A stretch of DNA of 64,000 bases from NCBI GenBank assembly GCA_963825175.1, contig CAWGSA010000002.1:2270346-2334345 (forward strand), read 5' to 3'. How positions within the stretch are numbered: position 1 is the stretch's first letter; each line of letters begins with the position of its first letter. Positions 1 to 9,956 of the stretch are shown piece by piece. Origin of the DNA: an uncultured Acidobacteriota bacterium. Lineage in GTDB: Bacteria; Acidobacteriota; Thermoanaerobaculia; UBA5066; Gp7-AA6. The notes below the pieces were generated by a model. It made no database searches and was not told the DNA's origin. It saw only the letters and a list, made by a program, of their open reading frames with translations. The translations under genes were made by a program, and so were the position numbers.

Positions 1-1029
1 CTGGCGCTGGTCGAGGCTCTTGATGAGCCACACCGCCGACCTCATCTTGTCCTTCAGGTAATTGGCGGCTTCCTGCCCGATGGCGCCGTTGCCTCCGCGG
101 AGCATCCGGCGGTAGGCGGCGGAGATGCGCAGCTTGGGGAGCCCGTCCTCGTTCAACTGAATGACGTACTCGTCGCCGATCTTGCGAACGGCGACGTCCG
201 GCTCGACGTAGATCGTCCGCTCGCTCGAGTACTTGCGGCCCGGCTTGGGCTCCAGGTTCTTGACGATCTCCAGGACCGCCTGGAGCTCCGACATGCCGAC
301 GTTCAATGCCTTGCAGAGCTGGGCGTACTGGCGGTTCAGGAATTCGGCCCAGTGCTGCGTGATCACCTTATCGATCAGGGGGTTCTCGATTCCCAGCGTT
401 CGGATCTGGATCATCAGGCAGTCGGGCAGGTCGAAGGCGCAGATGCCCGGCGGATCGAAGGCGCGGACCGTGGCCAGAGCCTTCTCCACGTCCGCGTCCT
501 CGGCATATCCGGCCGCTCGGATCTCCTCCCGCGAGACCCGCAGATAGCCGTCCTCGTCCACGTTGCCGATCAGGTACGTGGCGATCTCCCGCACTCGAGA
601 ACTGGCGTCGGACATCGAGAGCTGCCAGGTCAGGTACTCCTGGAGGCCGGGAGGGGTCGAGAGCGTGTTCTCGAGGGGGACCTGCTCGCTGTCCTCGTAC
701 TGCCGAGGGTTGTAGGCGCTCTCCAGGTAGTCCTCGAAGTAGGTGTCGAAGTCGATCTCCTCGAAGGAATCCCGCTCCTTCTCCGCCGGCGCCTCCGAAG
801 GGGCCTCCAGAGCCGGGGCGGGAGCCTCTTCCTTGGCTGCCTCCAGGCGCTCGGTTTCGGCCTGGTCCTCCTGTTCCTCTTCCAGCAGGGGGTTTTCGAC
901 CATCTCCTGGGTAAGGACTTCCTCCAGCTCGAGCTTGGACATCTGCAGCAGCTTGATCGCCTGCTGCAGCGACGGCGTCATGACGAGCCGCTGCGAAAGC
1001 TTGAGATGGAGTTTTTGTTCCAGAGCCAT
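1..1029 (-). CDS. rpoN: RNA polymerase sigma-54 factor RpoN, partial (3' end beyond the window start)
   Basis: The reverse complement from 1029 reads MALEQKLHLKLSQRLVMTPSLQQAIKLLQMSKLELEEVLTQEMVENPLLEEE, the canonical sigma-54 N-terminal region I. It sits immediately downstream of lptB, which is the conserved lptB-rpoN arrangement. The track does not list it because the ORF runs off the window edge. Confidence 0.85.
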   Translation of the reverse strand, partial: MALEQKLHLKLSQRLVMTPSLQQAIKLLQMSKLELEEVLTQEMVENPLLEEEQEDQAETERLEAAKEEAPAPALEAPSEAPAEKERDSFEEIDFDTYFEDYLESAYNPRQYEDSEQVPLENTLSTPPGLQEYLTWQLSMSDASSRVREIATYLIGNVDEDGYLRVSREEIRAAGYAEDADVEKALATVRAFDPPGICAFDLPDCLMIQIRTLGIENPLIDKVITQHWAEFLNRQYAQLCKALNVGMSELQAVLEIVKNLEPKPGRKYSSERTIYVEPDVAVRKIGDEYVIQLNEDGLPKLRISAAYRRMLRGGNGAIGQEAANYLKDKMRSAVWLIKSLDQRQ

Positions 1030-1105
1030 GGTGTGGAAGCTCAGAGGCGAGGAGATCTCGGCCGGAACCAGGGGTTTTGTCGGTTTGGACGAACGTTCAT
1101 GCTGC

Positions 1106-1858
1106 TCAATTCAGCTGGAAAGCCTCCCCCAGGTAAATCTTCTTGACGACGGCGTCGCTCGACAGGGCAAGGGGCGTGCCAGCCCTCAGAATCTCGCCGG
1201 CATTGATTATATAGGCCCGGTCGACGATCGACAAAGTCTCGCGAACGTTGTGGTCGGTCACCAGAACGCCGATCCCCGAGGAGGCCAGGCGCCGCGCGAT
1301 GGCCTGGATGTCGAGCACCGCGATCGGATCGATTCCCGCGAAGGGCTCGTCCAGCAGGAGAAACTCCGGCTCCAGGACGAGACTTCGTGCGATCTCGACG
1401 CGGCGTCGCTCTCCGCCCGACAGCGTGTAGGCACGGTGCGCGCGCAGCGGCTCCAGTCCGAAGTCCGCGAGCAGCCGATCCGCCCGCTCCTGCCTCTCGC
1501 CCCTCGTCAGATCGAGCGTTTCCAGGATCGCCACCAGGTTCTGCTCGACCGTCATCTTTCGGAAGACCGAAGGCTCCTGAGGGAGGTAGGAGATGCCGGC
1601 CCGAGCCCGCTTGTACATCGGCAGATCGGTCAGGTCTCTCTCCCCCAGACGAACGGTTCCGGCGTCCGGACGGACGAGGCCCACGACGATGGAAAAGGTG
1701 GTGGTCTTGCCCGCGCCATTGGGCCCGAGGAGGCCCACGATCTCTCCCGCGCCGATTTCCAGAGAGACTCCGGAAACGACGGCGCGGCCGGCGTAGGTCT
1801 TGATCAACCCGACGGCTTCGAGGATGGGTCGCTGGATCGGGCTCTCGGTGGCGTTCAC
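1106..1858 (-). CDS. lptB: LPS export ABC transporter ATP-binding protein LptB
   Basis: Walker [13 protein letters not shown] signature [15 protein letters not shown], Walker B LLLDEP. It is 250 aa and lies upstream of rpoN. Confidence 0.9.
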   Translation of the reverse strand: MNATESPIQRPILEAVGLIKTYAGRAVVSGVSLEIGAGEIVGLLGPNGAGKTTTFSIVVGLVRPDAGTVRLGERDLTDLPMYKRARAGISYLPQEPSVFRKMTVEQNLVAILETLDLTRGERQERADRLLADFGLEPLRAHRAYTLSGGERRRVEIARSLVLEPEFLLLDEPFAGIDPIAVLDIQAIARRLASSGIGVLVTDHNVRETLSIVDRAYIINAGEILRAGTPLALSSDAVVKKIYLGEAFQLN

Positions 1859-3861
1859 GACGTTCGGGTTCGGTGAATCGTTTCGGTTTTTCCGCCTTCG
1901 GGGGCGGTCACTTCGACCCTACGCCCCCGCTCGGTGATCGTCAAGACGGCGCCGGTCACCCGGTTCCCGGCCGCATCAGACACCCAGGCCGGCGAGCCCT
2001 CGAGAACCGTTTTCCCCTCGCGCGGCCAGTCGGTGGCGTGCTCCGCGCGCCCCGATCGCCCCTCGCCCGAATCGGCCAGCGTGACGCTTCCGGTCATCTC
2101 GACGCGCTGGATCTTGCGGTCCTCTCCAAACACCGCCACTGCGCGGGACGCGGTGGATTGCCAGGTGCCTCGGGTCATCGAGACGTCCTCTTCGAAGACG
2201 GCCTGTGATTCCTTCTCCCGGTAGGTGACGCGGCGAGCGGTGACGACCGCGGGCGAGGGCGGCGCCACCGCGCCGGGCTTGCGGTCCTGAGCGTCCGCCG
2301 AGAGCACCACGGTGCGCGTGTGCCCGACCGCGACGGCGGACCGCTCGACGTCGTTCAAAGTGATCGCGTCGCCGGACAGGGAGGAGGCGTCCTGCCACAG
2401 CGTGGCGCCTCCGGTCAGAGAGGCCACGTGCGAGGCGTCGTCGAGCACCATGCGGCGGGCCTTTCCAAAGGTCGGCTTCCCGGGATCTCCCACCAGCGCC
2501 GGCGCATGCCCGGGCGCGGCGCCCTTTGCGCCGTCCTTGGCCGGCGTGAAGACCGCTCGGGCACTCCCCTCGGCCGTCAGCAGGTGTCGCTTCTCGTCGA
2601 TCTCGATGCGGTCCGCGGAGATCCGCGAGCCTCGGCTCTCGACGGTCGCCGTGCCGTGGTCTCCGCTCAAGATCCACACGCCGCGATCCGGCAGATCGAC
2701 CGCCTTTTCGGCCCGGCCCGAGCGGTCCTCCCCTTCCATCCGGACGTTGCCCGAGAGCTCCATCGTTTCGATCTCCCCCGCGGGCGTGAACGAAAGGCTG
2801 GCCTGCTCGGAGTCGGCGCGCGTCTTCTCGCCGTCGACGTGGACGGCGCCCCGCGCCGTCGCGGACGTGGCCCGGCCGTCCCGAAACGAGACGTCGATGG
2901 TAGAAGCCCGCACGCGACCTCGGGGGTCGAAGACCTCAGCCGGCGCGCCGGTCAAGGAAAGGGAGTTCGCCTTGCCGTCGGACCCGAAGAGGATCGCCGC
3001 GGACGCCGCGGTGTACCGGCGCGGAGCGGTCGTGCCCTTTCCCGTGGCCCCGGCAGGCCCGGCGACGAGGGTCCCCTGAACGTCTCCTTCGGCGCGGGCC
3101 CACTGCAGGCGTCCCTCGTCGCCCTCGAGCTTCAAGACCAGCCGGTCGCTGGAAAGCCGATCGCCGGAGCGGCTGGCCGCCGAAACGCGGCCGGACAGCT
3201 CGATGGTCGAGTCGTCGCGACGATAGACCGCGGCCGCAGCGGAGAGGGATGTCAAGCCGCCGCTGCCTTCTCCCGTGCCCGTCCCTTTCACCGGGCCGTT
3301 CAAGAACACCTGTCTGGTCTTCACGTCGTAGCGTCCGGACTGCGAAGTCAGCTCGAAGGTGCCGCGCGTGAAATGAAGGGGGCTCGGCGCGGTGAGCAGT
3401 CGCTGAGAAGGCTCGAATTCCAGAGTTTCCGTTTCTCCCAGCGCGCCTCGCTCGTCGGTCCAGTGAACATTTCCCGAGAGGCGCGCGCGCTTGCTGCGCT
3501 GGTCGTACTCGGCGCGGTCCGAGCGCACCGTCACCGCCTCACCCTGCTCGGGATAGACCGTGAGCGCGACCCGCTCGAGAACGTACACGTTGGGGACGAG
3601 GCCGGCGGCCGGCCCGAATCCGACCGTACGGTCCGCCTGAATGTGGAAGAGCGGCTTGCCCCGCAGGGTCTCGGTGTAATCGAAGCCCTTCAGGACGGTG
3701 GTCGCCGCGCCGGCCTCCTCCGCGGACGGGATGGTCGGAAGAGTCTCCCGTCCGGCCGCGCCCCGCGACGGCCGCCGGCCCGGTCGAAAGGCGAAGGCCA
3801 GAACGATCAGGAAGACCAGGCCGAAGCCGAGAATGGCGAACTCGAGGCGGCGTCGGCTCAT
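1855..3861 (-). CDS. Membrane-anchored protein with several LptA/OstA-like beta-jellyroll repeats (LptC/LptA-like)
   Basis: N-terminal TM segment [20 protein letters not shown]. Motifs recur along the protein ([55 protein letters not shown]). Its stop overlaps the lptB start by 4 nt, the position lptC/lptA normally occupy. Confidence 0.55.
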   Translation of the reverse strand: MSRRRLEFAILGFGLVFLIVLAFAFRPGRRPSRGAAGRETLPTIPSAEEAGAATTVLKGFDYTETLRGKPLFHIQADRTVGFGPAAGLVPNVYVLERVALTVYPEQGEAVTVRSDRAEYDQRSKRARLSGNVHWTDERGALGETETLEFEPSQRLLTAPSPLHFTRGTFELTSQSGRYDVKTRQVFLNGPVKGTGTGEGSGGLTSLSAAAAVYRRDDSTIELSGRVSAASRSGDRLSSDRLVLKLEGDEGRLQWARAEGDVQGTLVAGPAGATGKGTTAPRRYTAASAAILFGSDGKANSLSLTGAPAEVFDPRGRVRASTIDVSFRDGRATSATARGAVHVDGEKTRADSEQASLSFTPAGEIETMELSGNVRMEGEDRSGRAEKAVDLPDRGVWILSGDHGTATVESRGSRISADRIEIDEKRHLLTAEGSARAVFTPAKDGAKGAAPGHAPALVGDPGKPTFGKARRMVLDDASHVASLTGGATLWQDASSLSGDAITLNDVERSAVAVGHTRTVVLSADAQDRKPGAVAPPSPAVVTARRVTYREKESQAVFEEDVSMTRGTWQSTASRAVAVFGEDRKIQRVEMTGSVTLADSGEGRSGRAEHATDWPREGKTVLEGSPAWVSDAAGNRVTGAVLTITERGRRVEVTAPEGGKTETIHRTRTS

Positions 3862-5636
3862 GCGTCGGGCCGCCTCGCGGCCACCACCTCCGCTTCGATG
3901 CGGCCCGCGCGGTTACGGCTCAATCGGAAGTGCGCTTCCATCGGCTCGCCCGGTCTGGATCCATCCAGCAAGTCGCGGCGCCAGCACAGGCAATCGAGGA
4001 CGCCCGCTCCTCGGCGCAGGCGGCCTCTGGCGCCCGAGTCTCCCAGATCCCGGAACGGCTCCGCGGCGACGACCGTGGCCTGGAAGACGGGACGCGGATT
4101 TCCCATCCCGTGCGGCTCGAACCGCTCCAGGTGGCGCATCAGCTCCTCGTCGATCTCCTCGATCGGCAGGAGGGCTTCCGCCTTTTCCACCCGTTCCAAA
4201 CTTTCCGAGTCGATCGCCGCGGCGAAGTGGCTCCGAGCCGCGTCGCGGAACGCGTCCCAATGGACTGCGGGCAGGCTGCCGCCCACGGCTTGATCGTGAC
4301 CTCCGAACTCCAGGAAGAACGACCCGACTTCTTTCAATGTCCCGTGCAGGGAGATGCCGGGAATGCTGCGGCCCGAACCGCTGGCCCGGTCACCTTCCAG
4401 GGCGAAGAGCAGAACCGGGCGGTTGTATTCCCGGGCCAGCCGCGAGGCGGCGATCCCCAGGACGCCGCGGTGCCATCCCTCCGCGCCCTCGACGATCACC
4501 GCGTCGCGGGCGGGATCGAACCAGCGATCGATCCGCTCGCGCGCCTGCGCGACGACACGCCGTTCGAGGCCCTGGCGCTGTGCGTTGCGCAGCGTCAGCT
4601 CCCGAGCGATCGCGGCGCCCCGAGCCTCGTCGCGCTCCTCGAACAACGAAAGGGCGAGCTCCGCCGTGTCCAGACGTCCCGCCGCGTTCAAGCGCGGAGC
4701 GATCCGAAAGGCGACCTCCTCGGACGTGGGTGCCCGCCCCGGCTCGATGCCGCACTCCGCCAGCAGCGCGCGGAGCCCTGGAGCGCGCGGGCGGGCCAGC
4801 GCCGCCAGGCCCGCGGCGGCGATCAGACGGTTTTCGCCGGTCAAGGGCACGAGGTCGGCGATCGTCCCCAGCGCCGCGGCCCGCAGGAGCGACTCCGGCG
4901 AGAGCGAGACCCCCGCGCGGTTCCCCACGGCGAGCGCGAGCTTCATCGCGATACCGCACGCGGCCAGATTCTTCTCGGGGTACTGGCAGCCCGGTTGCTT
5001 CGGGTTGACCACGATGGCGCCCGCCGGGAGCTCCTCCGGGACGAGGTGGTGGTCGGTGACGACCACGTCGACGCCCTGGGCCCGCGCGCACGCCACTCCT
5101 TCGATCGCGGTGATGCCGCAATCGACCGTCACGATGACGGCGGGATTCCATTGCGCCAGGACCCGCGCCACCGTCTCCGGCTTCAACCCGTAGCCATCCT
5201 TGAGGCGATGCGGGAGAAAAGCCACCGCGTCGGCGCCGGCGCGCACCAGGGCGGCTTTGAGCTGAGCGACGGCCGTCACGCCGTCCACGTCGTAGTCTCC
5301 GAACACGACGATCCGCCGGTGGGAATGGGCGGCGTGCGCGAGCAGCTCGGCCGCCTCGGAGGCGCCGGAGAGCAGCAGGGGGTCGTGAAACCCGCCCGCA
5401 TCGGGGCTGAAGAACCGCCGGGCGTCGTCGGGACCTTCCACACCCCGTGCCAGCAGGAGGGCGGCCACGACTCGGGGCACACCCGCGGATCGCGACAACC
5501 GGGCCAACTGATCGGGGTCGGGCGCGGCGACGCTCCAGCGAGGTCTCATCGCTCCCATTGTGCCTGCCGGTGGCGACAGATGCTGTCCATCCGCCGCGGG
5601 CGCGCCTCCGGCGCGGGGCTCGCGCGCGGCGCTCAC
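3858..5636 (-). CDS. recJ: Single-stranded-DNA-specific exonuclease RecJ
   Basis: DHH motifs [14 protein letters not shown] and VVVTDHH, plus a DHHA1 region. 592 aa. Confidence 0.9.
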   Translation of the reverse strand: MSAAREPRAGGAPAADGQHLSPPAGTMGAMRPRWSVAAPDPDQLARLSRSAGVPRVVAALLLARGVEGPDDARRFFSPDAGGFHDPLLLSGASEAAELLAHAAHSHRRIVVFGDYDVDGVTAVAQLKAALVRAGADAVAFLPHRLKDGYGLKPETVARVLAQWNPAVIVTVDCGITAIEGVACARAQGVDVVVTDHHLVPEELPAGAIVVNPKQPGCQYPEKNLAACGIAMKLALAVGNRAGVSLSPESLLRAAALGTIADLVPLTGENRLIAAAGLAALARPRAPGLRALLAECGIEPGRAPTSEEVAFRIAPRLNAAGRLDTAELALSLFEERDEARGAAIARELTLRNAQRQGLERRVVAQARERIDRWFDPARDAVIVEGAEGWHRGVLGIAASRLAREYNRPVLLFALEGDRASGSGRSIPGISLHGTLKEVGSFFLEFGGHDQAVGGSLPAVHWDAFRDAARSHFAAAIDSESLERVEKAEALLPIEEIDEELMRHLERFEPHGMGNPRPVFQATVVAAEPFRDLGDSGARGRLRRGAGVLDCLCWRRDLLDGSRPGEPMEAHFRLSRNRAGRIEAEVVAARRPDA

Positions 5637-6592
5637 GCCGTGGCGATCTCGAAGCGCCCGATGGAGCGGAACTTTCGGTAGCGCCGCTCGCGGCGTTCCT
5701 CGGGGGTCAGGTCGAGCAGGTCGCGCAGGTGCCGCTCGATCGCCTCCCCCACCGCCGACGCAGCGCCGGCCGGATCCGCGTGCGCTCCTCCCGGCGGCTC
5801 CGGCACGATCTCATCGATGACGTCGAGCTCCTGGAGATCCCGCGCCGTCAGCTTCATGGCCTCGGCCGCGTCCTTCTTGCGGGAGGCGTCCTTCCACAGG
5901 ATCGCGGCGCACCCCTCCGGCGTGATGACTGAATAGATCGAGTGCTCGAGCATCAAGACGCGATCTCCGATGCCCAGGGCCAGGGCTCCCCCCGAGCCGC
6001 CTTCCCCGGTGACGGTGACGATGATCGGCACGTGAAACGAGGCCATCTCGCGAAGGTTGACGGCGATGGCCTCGGCCTGACCGCGCTCCTCCGCGTCGAT
6101 TCCCGGGTACGCTCCCGCCGTGTCGATGAAGGAAAGAATCGGGCGGTTGAACTTTTCCGCCATTTGCATCACCCGCAAGGCCTTGCGATACCCCTCCGGC
6201 CGGGGCATTCCGAAGTTGCGCCGGATCTTTTCCTTCGTGTCCCGGCCCTTCTGGTGCCCAACGACGGCGACCGGGCGGCCCCGGAACCGGCCCACACCGG
6301 AAACGATGGACGGATCGTCAGCGAACTTGCGGTCCCCGTGCAGCTCCACGAAGTCCGAGATCAGGGCAGCGATGTAGTCGAGCGTGTAGGGCCGCGCCGG
6401 ATGCCGCGCCACCAGCGTCTTCTGCCACGGGGTCAGGTTCGCGTAGATCTCGCTCGACACGCGTTCCAGCCGCTCGCGCAGCTTTTCGATCTCACGCCGG
6501 TGGGTCGCGTCGTCGGGCAGCGCCGACAGCTCCTCGATCCTCCGGCGGAGCTTGACGATCGGTTCCTCGAACCCGCTCTCTTCGCCGTTCAT
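5633..6592 (-). CDS. accA: Acetyl-CoA carboxylase carboxyltransferase subunit alpha
   Basis: [22 protein letters not shown]...[38 protein letters not shown] is typical AccA. I prefer the ATG at 6592 over the TTG at 6631, because the 13 upstream codons are encoded by a heptamer repeat. Confidence 0.9.
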   Translation of the reverse strand: MNGEESGFEEPIVKLRRRIEELSALPDDATHRREIEKLRERLERVSSEIYANLTPWQKTLVARHPARPYTLDYIAALISDFVELHGDRKFADDPSIVSGVGRFRGRPVAVVGHQKGRDTKEKIRRNFGMPRPEGYRKALRVMQMAEKFNRPILSFIDTAGAYPGIDAEERGQAEAIAVNLREMASFHVPIIVTVTGEGGSGGALALGIGDRVLMLEHSIYSVITPEGCAAILWKDASRKKDAAEAMKLTARDLQELDVIDEIVPEPPGGAHADPAGAASAVGEAIERHLRDLLDLTPEERRERRYRKFRSIGRFEIATA

Positions 6593-6595
6593 CGT

Positions 6596-6736
6596 GGAGT
6601 GACGAGTGACGAGTGACGAGTGACGAGACAAGCCAAAACGACCAAGAGTTGGGCTCTCATGGAGTCAAACGTAGTTTACTGGTCTTTCGGGCCGATTTCG
6701 CTTGTCACCGGCCACTCGTCACTTGTCACTGCTCAC
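6596..6736. repeat. Inverted tandem-heptamer element: (GAGTGAC)x4.4 at 6597-6627, about 75-nt core, inverse GTCAC-type units at 6703-6736
   Basis: It fills the whole priA-stop to accA-start interval. The left array ends 4 nt before the accA ATG, and the right array contains the priA stop codon. Confidence 0.7.
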
Positions 6737-9126
6737 ATCAGGTCCTGGGGATCGACGTCCGTGGCGATCTGCGTGCCGGCGGGAGCCCGTTCGGGCACAC
6801 ACGCTTCCAGCGCCGCCAGGAGCGCCTTTCGGTCCGCGGCGCGAAGGAGAATCTGAAACCGCCAACGCCCCTGCAGACGTTCCAGGGGAGCCGGAGCGGG
6901 ACCCGACAGGCGCACCCCCGTTGGCCCCCGTCGCGCGTCCACTCCGATCCGGGCCGCGGCGGCCTCGGCGCGGTCTCGATCCGCGGACGAGACCAGAATC
7001 TGCGCCATCTCGCAGAACGGGGGATAGAAGAAGGCGCGCCGGAACGCGAGCTCGTCGCCGGCGAAGCCGTCCACGTCGTGCGCCGCGGCCCGGCGGATCG
7101 CTGGATGCTGCGGATGAAACGTCTGCACGTGGACGGTCCCCGGACGGTCGCCCCGTCCGGCCCGGCCGGCCACCTGCGCCACCAGCTGGAACGTCTTCTC
7201 CGCGGACCGAAAATCCGGGAAGTTGAGCAGGGTGTCGGCGGAGAGGACGCCGACCGCGGTGACGTTGGGGAAGTCATGCCCCTTGGCGACCATCTGGGTT
7301 CCGATCAGGCACGAAACGCGCCCCGTCAGGACATCGTCGATCACCGCGGCCGCTCCGCCGCGGCGGCGGGCCGAATCGCGATCGAGGACGGCGTAAGCGA
7401 CGTCGGGAAACGCTTCCGCGAAACGATCGGCCACGCGCTCCGTTCCCGCCCCGACGGCTTCCAGCAGCGCTCCGCCGCAGTCCGGACACCGCGCCGGACG
7501 CGCCGACCGCTCGCCGCAGTAGTGGCACACCAGCGTGACGCCGCGGTCATGGACCGTCCGGCTCACGCTGCACCGGCCGCAGCGAAAATCGAAGCCGCAA
7601 TCCCGGCAGAGAAGCCTGGGCGCGAAACCGCGCCGGGGCTGGAGGAGGATGGCCTGCTCGCCGCGGGAAAAGACGTTCCTCAGACGATCGAGCAGGGGGC
7701 GCGAGAAGAGCGGCACGCCCTTTTCGTCCGCGCGGAAAGGCTCGCGCCGCAAATCGACGATTGCGACGTCGGGCAAGGGGCGGTCATCCACGCGAGACCG
7801 AAGCGGGAGCAGGAGCAGGCGCCCTTCCCGCGCCGAGTGCCACGCCTCCATGGACGGAGTGGCCGATCCGAACACGACCGCGGCGGCGGCGGCCCTGGCT
7901 CGGATCGCCACGACTTCGCGCGCATCGTAGCGCGGCGACTCCCGCTGCTTGTAGGAGGCGTCGTGCTCTTCGTCCACGACGAACAGTCCGGGATCGGAGA
8001 CCGGAGCGAACGCCGCGGAGCGAGGGCCGATCACCGCGCGGGCGTCCCCCGATCGCACGCGGTCCCAGGCCGCCGCGCGCTCGCGCTCCGACAGCGCGGA
8101 GTGAAGCACCGCGGCGCGGTCTCCGAACTGCCGGGAGAGCTCGCGGGCGAAGACGGGAGTCAGCGCGATCTCCGGCACCAGCCACACCGCCGCGCGTCCG
8201 GCCTCCAGGGCCGCGGCGATGGCCCTCAGATACACCTCCGTTTTTCCCGATCCGGTGACCCCTTGCAGGAGCGCCGGCAAGTAACGCCGCTGCCCGATCG
8301 CCGCGGTGAGCTCGTCCAGCGCGGCCTGCTGCTCGGGCGTGAGCCGGACGTCGCGCCGGGAGGTCGGCAGGACGGCGGCGATGTCCGGACGGCGCGGCTG
8401 CTCGAAGGCGAGAAGGAGAGCCCGGCGGCGGAGATCCTGGAGGACGGCGCGGCCAGCTCCCGTCTCGTTCTCGATCTCGTCGGCCGTGGCCGGACGGCCG
8501 ACCCCCTCGAGGAAGGCGAGCACGTCCGCCCCGCGCCGGCTCCGGCCCAGTCGGCGAGCGCGCTCGGATGGATCGACCCGTACCGGCGCATACCCCATCT
8601 CGACGCGCGGCCGCCGGGCGGAGCCGGAAACGACCCGGATCCAGCCGCGATCTTCCAGGGCCCGGAGCGCCTCCTGCCGTCCGCTCACGGCCAGGTCGAC
8701 CACGCGCGCCGGAGCGCCTCCGGCCAGGAGCTCGAGGATCTGACCCTCGGCGCCGGAGGCCTTTCCCAGCGCGCCTCTTTCGGTCAGGCGATAGTGAGCC
8801 GCTCCCGCCGCGGGCAGCCGGGCGGGCAGGGCACTGCGCAGCACCTCCCCGGTCGACGTGAAGAATCGCTGGGCGACCCGCTCCGCGGTTTCGAGCAGGT
8901 CGCTCGGGCACACCGGCTCCTCGTCGAGGACCTCCAGAACGTCCCGCAGGCCCTGCGCATCGTCGGCGCCGGATCCGACCACGACTCCGGTCAGGATCCG
9001 CTCGCCGAACGGGACGCGCACGCGCACGCCCGCCTCGGGCACGGAGATCGGTTCCGGGATTCGGTAGGAGAAGTTCCTCCGGATGGGCAGGGGCAGCGCG
9101 ACCGAGACAATTCGGGATCGGCTCAT
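6733..9126 (-). CDS. priA: Primosomal protein N' (replication restart helicase PriA)
   Basis: Walker [12 protein letters not shown], helicase motifs, and a C-terminal Cys-rich zinc region (CRDCGFDFRCGRC...CHYCG...CPDCG). 797 aa. Confidence 0.9.
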   Translation of the reverse strand: MSRSRIVSVALPLPIRRNFSYRIPEPISVPEAGVRVRVPFGERILTGVVVGSGADDAQGLRDVLEVLDEEPVCPSDLLETAERVAQRFFTSTGEVLRSALPARLPAAGAAHYRLTERGALGKASGAEGQILELLAGGAPARVVDLAVSGRQEALRALEDRGWIRVVSGSARRPRVEMGYAPVRVDPSERARRLGRSRRGADVLAFLEGVGRPATADEIENETGAGRAVLQDLRRRALLLAFEQPRRPDIAAVLPTSRRDVRLTPEQQAALDELTAAIGQRRYLPALLQGVTGSGKTEVYLRAIAAALEAGRAAVWLVPEIALTPVFARELSRQFGDRAAVLHSALSERERAAAWDRVRSGDARAVIGPRSAAFAPVSDPGLFVVDEEHDASYKQRESPRYDAREVVAIRARAAAAAVVFGSATPSMEAWHSAREGRLLLLPLRSRVDDRPLPDVAIVDLRREPFRADEKGVPLFSRPLLDRLRNVFSRGEQAILLQPRRGFAPRLLCRDCGFDFRCGRCSVSRTVHDRGVTLVCHYCGERSARPARCPDCGGALLEAVGAGTERVADRFAEAFPDVAYAVLDRDSARRRGGAAAVIDDVLTGRVSCLIGTQMVAKGHDFPNVTAVGVLSADTLLNFPDFRSAEKTFQLVAQVAGRAGRGDRPGTVHVQTFHPQHPAIRRAAAHDVDGFAGDELAFRRAFFYPPFCEMAQILVSSADRDRAEAAAARIGVDARRGPTGVRLSGPAPAPLERLQGRWRFQILLRAADRKALLAALEACVPERAPAGTQIATDVDPQDLM

Positions 9127-9164
9127 CCGGCGTTCAAATCATCCCGGGATCTCGAGCCCCGGTC

Positions 9165-9191
9165 CATCACCCGATGGCGGGATCACCCGAT
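9165..9191. repeat. Direct repeat ATCACCCGAT x2 (17-nt period) in the priA upstream region
   Basis: tccatcacccgatggcgggatcacccgatcgcccgat lies immediately upstream of the priA start (9126) on the minus strand. Possible operator or repeat. Confidence 0.4.
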
Positions 9192-9202
9192 CGCCCGATT
9201 CC

Positions 9203-9850
9203 TCACGTCTGAGCCGGGACGGGCGCCTCGTCGTCGTCCTCGTCGTCGCGCACGAAGACGTACGACCGGTGCACGGGATCCCACCGGTAGCGCCGCACCC
9301 CTTCGTCGGAGAGGTCCGGGGTGATGACGACCGCGTCCCGGTCGACGGAGAGGTCTCCCCGCGAAAGCGACACGTCGCGCTCGAGAAACGTCCCCGGGGA
9401 GTAGCCCCTGCCTCCGCCCCGTCCGGTGAAGATCACGACCGAGAACCAGGGCATGGCCCTGCTCGAATCGCGGTGCACGAAGGCCTGGATGAAGTCCAGG
9501 ACTCCGTCGTCGTTCAGATCGCCACGGACGAAATAAGGGTGGTACACGCCGTAGAGGCCCCGCACGTCGCCGTCTCCGCTGTGCGCGCCGTGCCGGTCCG
9601 AGTCGGTCGCCACGCGAAGCTCGGTGTGCCGGCTCAGAAATTCGTTCACCGCTTCCCTTTCGGCTTCGGAGAAGACATTGTTGCCGGGTCCGACCTGGGC
9701 GGCAGGGCCGGAGACCGGTTCCGGGGACGCGGGCGATTCGCGCCGCGCCGCTGCCCCCGCCCGCCCTGCCCGGCAGGCGACTCCCCTGTAGCCCAGGAGC
9801 GTCGCGGATGCGGCCAGCGCGAGAATCCAATGGATCTGAGATCGGCTCAA
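9203..9850 (-). CDS. Hypothetical secreted protein (signal peptide)
   Basis: N-terminal signal-like ILALAASATLLGY and an acidic tail, with no recognisable domain. Its codon composition is plausible for this genome. Confidence 0.45.
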   Translation of the reverse strand: MSRSQIHWILALAASATLLGYRGVACRAGRAGAAARRESPASPEPVSGPAAQVGPGNNVFSEAEREAVNEFLSRHTELRVATDSDRHGAHSGDGDVRGLYGVYHPYFVRGDLNDDGVLDFIQAFVHRDSSRAMPWFSVVIFTGRGGGRGYSPGTFLERDVSLSRGDLSVDRDAVVITPDLSDEGVRRYRWDPVHRSYVFVRDDEDDDEAPVPAQT

Positions 9851-9956
9851 CCGCCCACTCCTTCGATGACGATTCTACGGCACCTTCTCCGCATGCGGCG
9901 CTCCCGCCGCGAGCCCGCGCGGGGCCTGCCGAAGGGCCGCCGGCAATTCTGCTAGA

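Noticed and set aside
5633-6631. accA start at the TTG 6631 (track start), giving [19 protein letters not shown]
   Set aside because: The 13 extra residues are encoded entirely by the GAGTGAC repeat. AccA orthologs start at the position of the ATG at 6592. I keep a small residual possibility that the repeat is translated.
6596-6736. Possible CRISPR array (short direct repeats at 6597-6627 and other loci)
   Set aside because: The units are 7 nt with no spacers, the arrays are 2-5 copies long, and no cas genes are present. Tandem microsatellite-like arrays are not CRISPR.
6613-9324. 903-aa plus-strand ORF antisense to priA. Similar very long ORFs occur at 9183..11177(-), 24995..26479(+), 35383..37533(-), 36894..39335(+), 39460..41721(+), 48550..50391(+), 50943..52841(+), 53254..55848(-), and 2320..4293(+)/3930..5681(+).
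   Set aside because: Each lies antisense to, or out of frame with, a gene that has clear conserved motifs. Their translations are low-complexity Arg/Pro/Gly-rich strings, as expected when a 70%-GC sequence is read in the wrong frame. There is no domain signature and no RBS.
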